From Acidobacteriota bacterium (lineage in GTDB: Bacteria > Acidobacteriota > Vicinamibacteria > Vicinamibacterales > 2-12-FULL-66-21): a stretch of 64,000 nt of DNA. The DNA is taken from positions 12,731 to 76,730 of the forward strand of contig QHWT01000078.1 of assembly GCA_003222675.1 (NCBI GenBank), written 5' to 3'. The notes under the pieces were generated by a model, which searched no databases, had not been told where the DNA came from, and saw only the letters and a program-made list of their open reading frames with translations. Positions 17,843-25,423 of this stretch are shown piece by piece. A program made the translations under genes and the position numbers. Within the stretch, counting starts at the first letter, position 1. Each line of letters opens with the position of its first letter.

Positions 17843-18292
17843 CTACGAGTGGAGCCGCGGATCGATGACGTGGTCCGTCGCCCCCGCAATGGTGATGCGG
17901 GCGGCATCGGGATGCGCAGGGTTGACCAGGACGTTGAACGTTTCCGGAACGATGGCGGATGGAACCGTGAGCAGCGCAGTTGCACCCTGGGCGAGCCAGA
18001 CGTCGCCGATCGCGCGTGTCGCCTGTGTGTTCTCGACCCAATCACGATCGAGCTCGGCGACTGAAGGGCGCTGAGGACGGACATCGCGTGGTACGGAGAC
18101 TTTCAGCAGGCGATAACGTGCGGGCAGGTCGTGAATCTCGATCTCGAAGTGCACGAGAACCTCGAGGAGTGCGGCGGCAGGATTCTCGGCGCAGTAGACG
18201 ATACGTCGACCGCGAGTGTGCCAGCGTCCCGACGTGCGTAATCCACCTTCGCCGGCAAGCGAGAGGTGATTGCTAATGCGCCACAGAAACAC
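17843..18292 (-). CDS. RES-domain toxin (Xre-RES / ParST-MbcTA type)
   Basis: 149 aa with the RES signature: GGLRTSGRWHTRGRRIVYCAENPAAALLEVLVH...TALLTVPSAIVPETFNVLVNP. Confidence 0.85.
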   Translation of the reverse strand: MFLWRISNHLSLAGEGGLRTSGRWHTRGRRIVYCAENPAAALLEVLVHFEIEIHDLPARYRLLKVSVPRDVRPQRPSVAELDRDWVENTQATRAIGDVWLAQGATALLTVPSAIVPETFNVLVNPAHPDAARITIAGATDHVIDPRLHS

Positions 18293-18763
18293 CTACGCGG
18301 CCATGCCCTCGTCGATCCGGTACAGCAACTCCTCGACGAGGCGAGCGCCTGCTTCCGTGGCCATGAGTTGCAGCGGCGTGCGACCCTGAAATTGCCGCTT
18401 GGCAGCGCGCAACCAACGCCAGCTGCGTTCGGGGTCTCCAAAGACCTGCTCGGCAAGCGCCGCCAGGCGCGCTAGACGGACGGCACGATCCGACTCGTCT
18501 CGGCTGAGAGCCTCGCGTCGTGCACGGCGATGCGTCAGCGTGCGTCGGGGCACCACGAGCGTGTAGAGCTCATCGTCCGTCAACCCCGAGTCGCGAAGTC
18601 CGTCAAGGGCGCTTATCGGCAGGCCCTTCTCGACCAGTCGCACGAGATCCTGATCCGAACGCAGGCGCTCGACTCGGAGGATTTCCTGAGCGCGCTGCAA
18701 CAAGCCTCGGAGGGATGTCGGCGTGTCAACACTGGCGGTCTTGGACAACGGGCGTCGTGGCAT
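18293..18763 (-). CDS. Xre-like antitoxin with a DUF2384 C-terminal domain
   Basis: It lies immediately upstream of and abuts the RES gene. The C-terminus (VFGDPERSWRWLRAAKRQFQGRTPLQLMATEAGARLVEELLYRIDEG) is the typical DUF2384 pattern. The start is an internal ATG at 18763. Confidence 0.8.
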   Translation of the reverse strand: MPRRPLSKTASVDTPTSLRGLLQRAQEILRVERLRSDQDLVRLVEKGLPISALDGLRDSGLTDDELYTLVVPRRTLTHRRARREALSRDESDRAVRLARLAALAEQVFGDPERSWRWLRAAKRQFQGRTPLQLMATEAGARLVEELLYRIDEGMAA

Positions 18764-18798
18764 GTTGCACACAATTTTAGGGCATATTGCCACGTGCT

Positions 18799-19023
18799 TC
18801 AACCATGGCCCGGGGAAGAGGCCCTCTGGACGCTCGCCGCAAAGCAGCCACCATCGGATCGGCTCGTCATCGCCGGGGGCGCGCCGGTCGCCACCTTGGC
18901 GTGATTGAGAAAAAACACACTCGCCGCGAACGCGATGACAAACGGACTCACCAACAGACCCACAGACAGATGTAGATCACGGGTCCACCGATAGAACGCC
19001 TTCTCGATTGATGTCTTGGCCAT
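18799..19023 (-). CDS. small membrane protein or fragment (PepSY-TM-like N-terminus?)
   Basis: From the internal ATG the sequence is MAKTSIEKAFYRWTRDLHLSVGLLVSPFVIAFAASVFFLNH, with one TM helix. It is possibly a truncated gene. Confidence 0.3.
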   Translation of the reverse strand: MAKTSIEKAFYRWTRDLHLSVGLLVSPFVIAFAASVFFLNHAKVATGAPPAMTSRSDGGCFAASVQRASSPGHG

Positions 19024-19174
19024 ATGTTGCGCTGTTCGTGGTGTTATCCGGACTACACCTTGCCGAACGCGTTCACCATCGCATACATCAAGACGTACAT
19101 CGAGGCGAACGAGCAAATCGTCATGATGAGCAGGTGCCGGTAGTGATGCTGATTCATCACGTGCCTCGTACTTG

Positions 19175-19813
19175 TCAATGGCCGTGAAGCCCACCTCCGA
19201 GAAGGTGCAAGACCAGAATCAGCAGGACGAATCCGATGATCGCGATGACGACATATCGGCCCGCAGGTCGCGACCGGCGATTCGACGCGGGACGCCGACC
19301 CGCCGTGGCCTCAGATTCCCTTCGGATTCCATACGGCGTCATGCCCCACGGTTTGTAGACGGAGAGTGTTGTGGTCACGAGCAATACGAACAGCGCCGCA
19401 GCGGCATCCCCCACGAGTTGGAGACGAAGCTGCCGCAGATCGCTGGCGGCGAGATCAACCCGCGCGGCCACTTCGGCCACACGGTCAATGGGCTGTGTAT
19501 GCACCAGCAAGATGATCGTCGCGAGAACGGTGAGCAGCAGTTTCGTCACCACCCAATAATGGCGAAACAAGCCCCACGGAGTGCCAAAGGAGTCGATGAG
19601 CCCGGTTATGAGAGCGGCAAGACTCAGCGGGACGATGACGAACCAGGTGGTCAGATGCATGGCGAGGTAGGCCGCTCGCACTATTTGAGAATCGTGACTG
19701 GTCACGCCGGCGATCGCGAGAGCCAGAAATGCCACGACCGAGCCGAGCCAACCCACCGAGGACGTGATGTGCGTGGTCAGCGCAAGCTTGCGCGCTCCTG
19801 CTGTCATCATCAT
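19175..19813 (-). CDS. integral membrane protein (4-5 TM, DUF2269-like)
   Basis: 212 aa with repeated hydrophobic helices. No catalytic motif was recognised. Confidence 0.5.
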   Translation of the reverse strand: MMMTAGARKLALTTHITSSVGWLGSVVAFLALAIAGVTSHDSQIVRAAYLAMHLTTWFVIVPLSLAALITGLIDSFGTPWGLFRHYWVVTKLLLTVLATIILLVHTQPIDRVAEVAARVDLAASDLRQLRLQLVGDAAAALFVLLVTTTLSVYKPWGMTPYGIRRESEATAGRRPASNRRSRPAGRYVVIAIIGFVLLILVLHLLGGGLHGH

Positions 19814-19901
19814 TCGTGAATCCTCACCTGCAGCGCTGAAGGTAGACTGCCACAGGGCATGTCGACGTGCCGCACGGTTTACGCAGCCGGCGGCTCTGGA
19901 G

Positions 19902-21293
19902 TTACTTCTTGGCTCTGGCAGCCACTTCCCCGACCTTCACGGTTGCGGCTGCACTATGGCCGACATGCATCGCCATCGCGGCCGGACGTACCGTCATGAA
20001 CACGCCGAATCCCACGTTGACGCGACTGCCATACGCGGCCTTCGGTCGCTCTGGGACGAAGCCAGCGGAAAGCGAGACGCCCACGCCAGGTTGCAGCCCC
20101 TTCCACGTCGGCCAATATCGCGTATATCCACCCTGCAGCTTCGCAACGGTAAAGGCCTCCTCGGTCGCGGCGATCGCGAGGTCGTGTGCCGTCTTGCTCG
20201 CGGCCTCGAATCTACCGAACCAACTGTCGCGGTCCTGCAGCGTGAGATTGGTTTCAACGAGGAAAGCATTCGACGCATGGCCGGACTCCTCATTGCGTCC
20301 CCAGCCGATCGTCGTCGCCCAGATGCTGTTTTCGTGGAGTTCGGCGTGGTACGTCGCCGACGCCGTCACACGGGTGATGTCTAATCGCGGTTCGCCACTT
20401 TCGGATGCCTCTGCTTCGGTCAGTTTTCCCGCAGAGGCCTGAAGCGCCAGCTTTGACGTGGGCAGGAACCACAGACGGCCGGATACCGAGTCAAGCGCCC
20501 CGAAGTCGAAATCGGTTCGCTCCTCATCGGGTTCGCGACCGTTGAATACGGATGCTTCAGCCTTCCAACGGTTGGCATAGAGACCGCCCGTGATCACACC
20601 AAATGTAATGTGCGTCGAGTCGAGCCAATGGTGTCCGATCGGAGCGAGTGGGTTCGGCGCCGCAGAAACGCGGTGCGGATAGGCCACGGGTCCGAGCGCC
20701 GGTTCGCCGACTGGCCCTCCGTACAGCTGCCAGCGAACAGTTCCCTTCAATGGAGCGTCGTATGCCGCGGAGATTTCCATCATGAGGTCGTGCTGATGCT
20801 GCCGGTCGTGAATCTTCTCGCCCTTACACTGCTCGCCGCTTGCAAGCAAATCCGGATAGCCGCAACCGCCAATCGTCCCGGGCTCCGCGCTGAACATGCC
20901 TCGGAACATGACGCGCCCGTTTCTTGCCTTTCGTTGTGCCATGCCCATGAGCCAGTTGATGCTGCCGATCTGGTCGTCCCCGCGGTCGCCCGATTCATGA
21001 AGAAACTGCAGAAACGCGTTCTCATGCGCCATCAATTGCCAGGCGCCGCGCTGCCAATGGATCGCATACATCGGCGTCGTGTCTGGCAGCCAGGCCGTGC
21101 CTGATCCTTCGCGCGCCATCGGCATTTCACCTTCGGCGTGCTCTTGCTCCGGGGTGGCTGCGTGCTCGTGCTGATGTTGCACTGGTACCTCAGTCTGAGC
21201 CGGCGGTTGTGCGGACGCAGGATTCGCGCCGAAGGTGAGAAACGCGAGCGCCGCAGCGCTTAGACAATACGAGAAAACAGGACGGCTGTACAT
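19902..21293 (-). CDS. secreted His-rich protein with a probable beta-barrel body (metal-related, family not recognised)
   Basis: It has a signal peptide (LSAAALAFLTFGANPASAQ) and a His/Glu-rich N-terminus (VQHQHEHAATPEQEHAEGEMPM). The motif HDRQHQHD is present, and the C-terminal half has alternating beta-like strands. Confidence 0.55.
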   Translation of the reverse strand: MYSRPVFSYCLSAAALAFLTFGANPASAQPPAQTEVPVQHQHEHAATPEQEHAEGEMPMAREGSGTAWLPDTTPMYAIHWQRGAWQLMAHENAFLQFLHESGDRGDDQIGSINWLMGMAQRKARNGRVMFRGMFSAEPGTIGGCGYPDLLASGEQCKGEKIHDRQHQHDLMMEISAAYDAPLKGTVRWQLYGGPVGEPALGPVAYPHRVSAAPNPLAPIGHHWLDSTHITFGVITGGLYANRWKAEASVFNGREPDEERTDFDFGALDSVSGRLWFLPTSKLALQASAGKLTEAEASESGEPRLDITRVTASATYHAELHENSIWATTIGWGRNEESGHASNAFLVETNLTLQDRDSWFGRFEAASKTAHDLAIAATEEAFTVAKLQGGYTRYWPTWKGLQPGVGVSLSAGFVPERPKAAYGSRVNVGFGVFMTVRPAAMAMHVGHSAAATVKVGEVAARAKK

Positions 21294-21341
21294 ACACCTC
21301 TCCCGGAAACGAACAATGGGCTGTTCGGACGAGAGGGCCGT

Positions 21342-21770
21342 CTAGATGCGGAGTGGTGATGTGGAGCGGAGACGAGCAGGAGGCCCGTGTCGGCTGTCGA
21401 CGTCGATCGGCGGCAACGCACGAACGACAACGGGTTCGATGTGAGCGACAGCAGACACAGCGTTCGGAACCGGCACGCGCAGGGCTTCACGAGATGCAGT
21501 CAGCACTGCGTCCACGTGATCGCAGCCGTGCGACTCCGGGATCATTTCGGCGCTGTTCGAAGATCCCGTCCGCTCCGCGGCTGCTTCGTGATGATGTGCA
21601 GCGTGGCTCGCACCAGTGGCCAGGTGATGATAGTGCGAAGCAGGCTCGTTACGGCTCGAACGACCCGAGTGTCTTGCACAGGCTGCCTCACAGATGTCGC
21701 CGGCCACCGGCGCACCGATGATCACGAAAGCGAGTGCGAACGTCAGCAGGCGGCGAGCCATCCTGATCAT
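21342..21770 (-). CDS. small secreted His/Cys-rich protein
   Basis: Internal start MIRMARRLLTFALAFVIIGAPVAG (signal-like), followed by CEAAC and HYHHLATGASHAAHHHE. Confidence 0.45.
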   Translation of the reverse strand: MIRMARRLLTFALAFVIIGAPVAGDICEAACARHSGRSSRNEPASHYHHLATGASHAAHHHEAAAERTGSSNSAEMIPESHGCDHVDAVLTASREALRVPVPNAVSAVAHIEPVVVRALPPIDVDSRHGPPARLRSTSPLRI

Positions 21771-21859
21771 GGTAACTCGAATCAGCGTCCGGAAGAGGAC
21801 TTCGCACCTGAAGAGGTCGTCAGCATTGCGGATCCCGTTTCGAACGAACCGTCCGCTCC

Positions 21860-22009
21860 TCAACCTCGCTTCACGTAACTCGACGGGTTCGCGTCGAACT
21901 TCGCCTTGCAACCTGGCGAGCAGAAGTAGTACGTCTTGCCGCCGTACTGACTCTTGCCGGCAGCGTTGTTCTCGTCAACCTGCATCTTGCAGACTGGATC
22001 AGTTGCCAT
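21860..22009 (-). CDS. YHS-domain metal-binding protein
   Basis: MATDPVCKMQVDE...YGGKTYYFCSPGCKAKFDANP matches the YHS/TRASH pattern. An internal ATG was chosen as the start. Confidence 0.8.
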   Translation of the reverse strand: MATDPVCKMQVDENNAAGKSQYGGKTYYFCSPGCKAKFDANPSSYVKRG

Positions 22010-22058
22010 CGCGGACCTCTCGAAGATTTGGATTCGATTCAGCGCGAATCGCACCTGG

Positions 22059-22508
22059 CTAACGACTCACGAATGGTTTTCCCAGCACCGCCTCCAAGGG
22101 TCGAAGGACATCGTCGGCACTTCCTGCGTACACAACGATCAGTTGATCGCGTTTGTAGAAGTGGGGCGGGCCAACCCACGTAATCAGCGCCGCGCAACCG
22201 CCTCCAGTAACGCCGGAGCCGTCGGGCAAGATCTTCGAGGCGTCAGTTTCAGCCGCGACAACACTCGGGTATTCGAATGCATTGACCGATCCAGTGTTCA
22301 CGGACACCACCCGGCCGCTCACCGACAAACAGGGCAGCGCGAGCGGCAGCACGTCGCCGCGCCCCGCCGTCGCGCCCTGCCGTTGAAGTGCCGCGACGAG
22401 TGCCTCCGTTGAAGTCAATGGGCTGGGACCGAGTGGATTCCGGTGCTCGCATGAACTTGCGAAAACGGCTACTGCAAGGATGGCTGATGCATGGAAGAAC
22501 GTGCGCAT
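22059..22508 (-). CDS. lipoprotein (hypothetical)
   Basis: Signal plus lipobox-like sequence MRTFFHASAILAVAVFASSC. 149 aa. Confidence 0.5.
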   Translation of the reverse strand: MRTFFHASAILAVAVFASSCEHRNPLGPSPLTSTEALVAALQRQGATAGRGDVLPLALPCLSVSGRVVSVNTGSVNAFEYPSVVAAETDASKILPDGSGVTGGGCAALITWVGPPHFYKRDQLIVVYAGSADDVLRPLEAVLGKPFVSR

Positions 22509-22672
22509 GAACCCTCCCAGACAGGCAGGCCCTTCCCGATTTTATCGCCGCCAGAGTCAGGCTAGATCAAGTCACTGTGGCCGCCACAGAACTCAACGGT
22601 TGCCCAGCGCGGAAAGTCTCGGACCAACGTAAACCAAGAACCACAGGTCTCACGGCGGGAGCCCGAGGTGAG

Positions 22673-22984
22673 CTACCGTTTCTGTGGAACCTCAGCCTTG
22701 AAAGGTGTTTTCTCGGTGATCGCCCGCGCAATCTCTTCTGGTGACGTTTTCGCCGGGTTGTAGGTGATTTCCGCAGTTCCCTTCGGTTGGCTCACCTTTG
22801 CGCTCTTGACGCCATCGATCTTCTTGACCGTCTTCTCGACCGTCTTCGCGCACGCGCCGCAGAACATTCCTGACACGTTCAGGACGCAGATCTGTTTGGC
22901 TTCACGCTTTTCCGTCTGCTGCGAAGCAGGTGATCCGACTCCGAAAATCGTGGTCAGCGCGATCATCGTCAGTACCCTTCGCAT
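22673..22984 (-). CDS. periplasmic heavy-metal-associated (HMA) domain protein, MerP/CopZ-like
   Basis: Internal start MRRVLTMIALTTIFG (signal peptide), then VSGMFCGACAKTVEKTVKKIDGVKSAKV, the classic GMxCxxC ferredoxin-like HMA fold. Confidence 0.8.
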   Translation of the reverse strand: MRRVLTMIALTTIFGVGSPASQQTEKREAKQICVLNVSGMFCGACAKTVEKTVKKIDGVKSAKVSQPKGTAEITYNPAKTSPEEIARAITEKTPFKAEVPQKR

Positions 22985-23028
22985 CGGCAATGTCCTTTTC
23001 CGTGAGGTGAAGCGCCTGCGCCACGTCC

Positions 23029-23172
23029 TTAAGCCTTCTGCATTTCCTTCCCGCAGCAGCAGCGCGGATTCATGTTGCCGCCGGCGCCGGGTTTCGCGCC
23101 TTTCGTCACTTCGATTTCGCATCCGCAGTTCGGGTCTGGGCAACGATACTTCTCACCTTTCTGAAGTGCCAT
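23029..23172 (-). CDS. 47-aa Cys-rich desulforedoxin-like metal-binding protein (absent from the ORF track)
   Basis: MALQKGEKYRCPDPNCGCEIEVTKGAKPGAGGNMNPRCCCGKEMQKA, with an AAGAGGA RBS 5 nt upstream. The layout Y.C..C.C.I.V...G...CC.G..M.K parallels desulforedoxin (two Cys, then a CC pair). It has 7 Cys in total. Confidence 0.55.
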   Translation of the reverse strand: MALQKGEKYRCPDPNCGCEIEVTKGAKPGAGGNMNPRCCCGKEMQKA

Positions 23173-23187
23173 GGTGTCCTCTTTTCG

Positions 23188-24150
23188 TCAAAATGCGCGG
23201 CTGATGCCGAACTGAAAGATGGCCGCTGAATCGAGTTGCTTGTTCGCCAGCGATCGGTACAGCGGAAGTTTGACTTCGGCCTGAACATTGACGCCCTTCC
23301 CGGCGAGGATCGCGACGCCCGGCGTGGCATAGATCCAATTGCCGCCACCGACGAGCACTGGCGTCCCACGAAACACGTCTTGCCGGCGGTGCAACCACCC
23401 GAGACGTCCGAATAGGCTGATGCGGTGAGTGCCCGCGTATCTGGCGATCCCGCTGTTGACCTCTACGGACGCACCCGTTCGCAGACCATCATCGTTTTCG
23501 TGCAGCGGCGTTCGGGCGGCGAGGCTCGCGAACAATGTCCATGGGTTCATGCCCCGACTCAGGCTCGCACCGAACAGCGGATCAAACGTACCGGAGCTGC
23601 GCTGCAGACGCGACATCGGGACGAGGCTTCCGTTTGCCAATTCGGATCGGAATCGCGGCTGCTCGGTCTTGCCGGTCGGCAGTGACACCCCGAAGTTGAG
23701 GAGTGGATACCAGCGACGAATTGGACGGATGCGATACCAGCCGAGCACGGATGTGTCGCCAAGTCCGCTGAACGTCTCGCTGAAGTTCACTGTTCCGGTC
23801 GCCTGCGGAATCACCGCCGTTCGGGTCACGTCAGGAATCGTCGCTGCGGCCTGCAGCCCGAACCGATTGGTAATTCGAACGTCAACCGTGACGAGCGGCA
23901 CGCGAATGCGCGTGCGCTCCTGATGCGGATTTTCCACCTTAGTTGAACCGTCGAACGCCGTGTCGCGATCTTCCGTCACGAGCCATGCGCCGATCTTGAC
24001 ACGCTCGGTCGTCACGCCCTCCGTCAATACACCTCGCCACCCGGGCAGGTATGGGTTGGCGCAGCCGCTTCACGTCATTTGCGCCGAGGCAGGCGTCGGC
24101 AACAGCCAGATGCCGGTCAGTGTTACAGCGCAGATGATGCGCTTGAACAT
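23188..24150 (-). CDS. outer-membrane beta-barrel (MetA/TodX-like) protein with an in-frame TGA after the signal peptide
   Basis: The ATG at 24150 gives a clean signal peptide (MFKRIICAVTLTGIWLLPTPASA/QMT). An in-frame TGA follows (24070-24072), then SGCANPYLPGW... and a 279-aa barrel ORF ending in ...AAIFQFGISRAF. Without read-through the barrel has no signal peptide. Confidence 0.6.
24027..24052 (-). promoter_or_regulatory. stem-loop 17 nt downstream of the in-frame UGA (possible bacterial SECIS-like element)
   Basis: The RNA reads AUACCUGCC-CGGGU-GGC(G)AGGUGU. This is ~9 bp with one bulge, and the apical loop contains GGU. Confidence 0.25.
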
Positions 24151-24443
24151 CACAGCACTCCCATCCACCCCGCAGACAACGAGAACGCGACGGCCGTGGC
24201 CATCAGCGCGAGAGCCTTGTTCAGCCACGCGCCTTCACGCCTTAGGTTCATCCACATCGAAGTCCCCATCAATCCCGCGCTGACGAAGATTAGCACGGTG
24301 CGATGTGCGATAAGCATGTTGCTCAGTCCCGCCGTTCCGATGCCGGCAAGCGACAGCGTTGCAGGCACAAAGCAGCATGGGCGTGTAAGGAAGCCGGCAC
24401 ACGCGGCCATGACGCCGCTCTGAAGGCTCTGGCGCAGCATCAT
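24150..24443 (-). CDS. MerT-superfamily small membrane protein (CC motif in TM1)
   Basis: 97 aa: MMLRQ...AACAGFLTRPCCFVPATLSLAGIGTAGLS...HRTVLIFVSAGLMG, paralleling MerT ACCLGPLVL..G..G...YRPIFI. The ATG overlaps the merR-like stop (ATGA), and its own stop overlaps the next ATG. Confidence 0.6.
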   Translation of the reverse strand: MMLRQSLQSGVMAACAGFLTRPCCFVPATLSLAGIGTAGLSNMLIAHRTVLIFVSAGLMGTSMWMNLRREGAWLNKALALMATAVAFSLSAGWMGVL

Positions 24444-24907
24444 CGTCTTCTCGAAGCTCGCTTCCGCGGTGCGAGATCCAGCTGGATTATCGGTGATGCG
24501 TGTTCCTCCGCGCCAGCGATGATTTGACACAGTCCCTGACGCGTTGGCTGCCGTTGCCCGTCCCATTTCGCGATCTCAGTCGCGAGCTGATCGCGAAAAC
24601 GCGTAAGCTGCTGAATGCGATCGTCGACCGCTCTGAGGTGACGGTGCGCGAGGTCGAGCACGTGCGAACACGGCGTTCTGCCCGCGCGGCTCAATTTCAG
24701 AATCTCCCCGATCTCGTCGAGCGAGAACCCGAGCGCCTGCGCTTTCTTGATGAACCGCAGCTCTTCGACTGTCGTTTCGCTGTAGCGGCGATAACCGGTC
24801 GTTGAACGGAACGGCCTGGGAAGCACCCCGATGCTCTCGTAGTACCGGATCGTCGGAGCGGTCAGTCCAGTCCGTTCCGCCACGTCGCCGATGAGGAGCC
24901 CTAACAC
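24440..24907 (-). CDS. MerR-family metal-responsive transcriptional regulator
   Basis: The N-terminal HTH is LIGDVAERTGLTAPTIRYYESIGVLP...GYRRY. It also has a coiled-coil dimerisation helix and Cys residues at TPCSHV and GLCQII. Confidence 0.85.
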   Translation of the reverse strand: MLGLLIGDVAERTGLTAPTIRYYESIGVLPRPFRSTTGYRRYSETTVEELRFIKKAQALGFSLDEIGEILKLSRAGRTPCSHVLDLAHRHLRAVDDRIQQLTRFRDQLATEIAKWDGQRQPTRQGLCQIIAGAEEHASPIIQLDLAPRKRASRRR

Positions 24908-24915
24908 AGTACCTA

Positions 24916-24946
24916 GTACAAACCCTCAAGCTGACTTGAGGGTCAA
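24916..24946 (-). promoter_or_regulatory. MerR-type promoter/operator with a 19-bp spacer
   Basis: On the minus strand it reads TTGACC-ctcaagtcagcttgagggt-TTGTAC. The spacer contains the perfect dyad CCCTCAAG-n4-CTTGAGGG. The architecture matches the CueR/MerR-regulated PcopA type. Confidence 0.5.
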
Positions 24947-24960
24947 GCGCTTTCTTCGGA

Positions 24961-24973
24961 CTTGACTCTCAAG
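24961..24973. promoter_or_regulatory. second CTTGA-n3-TCAAG palindrome overlapping a plus-strand TTGACT -35-like box
   Basis: cTTGACTctcaag is followed 20 nt later by TAGGCT. It shares half-sites with the dyad at 24923-24942. Confidence 0.3.
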
Positions 24974-25055
24974 TTGGATTCAAACCGTAGGCTGAGAACC
25001 GTAGACGGATGGACCGTCGCACTACGTGCCCCCAAACGGGCGAGAGGACTATTTC

Positions 25056-25166
25056 ATGAAGACCACAATTCTCACAATCGCGTCGGCACTCGTCGCGGTC
25101 GTCGCCACCAGCGCGGCGGCAGCGACAACCGTTTGCAGCTCGGGTAGCTGCCCCTTCTGCAGATAG
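25056..25166 (+). CDS. 36-aa predicted secreted Cys-containing peptide (absent from the ORF track)
   Basis: MKTTILTIASALVAVVATSAAAATTVCSSGSCPFCR, with a GAGAGGA RBS ~8 nt upstream. It is a signal-like peptide followed by C-x4-C-x2-C, and is divergent from the merR-like gene. Confidence 0.35.
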   Translation: MKTTILTIASALVAVVATSAAAATTVCSSGSCPFCR

Positions 25167-25423
25167 CAACCGTCGAGCGGGCGCCGAGTATGGTCGGCGT
25201 CCGCTCCCATTGCCGCCCGGCTACGTCGGACGACATGCGTCCCTCTCGGCACGAATAGTTCTCGATTTCGCCCCTGTCGATGCGCGGCGCAGAGAGTCAG
25301 CCGATTTCGAGGTGAGATAAGGCGTCGTACTCAGTCGGCCGTACTATTGAGAGGTGTCGGCATTCGCATGTCTTGCGACGAAGGTCGTTCCTGGGATCGG
25401 AGTGACGCCACGGGAGGACATCA

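Noticed and set aside
22575-22589. The palindrome ctgtggccgccacag between the HMA gene and the lipoprotein gene, considered as a terminator or operator.
   Set aside because: The loop would be too short for a hairpin, no T-tract follows, and no second copy or adjacent promoter elements were seen.
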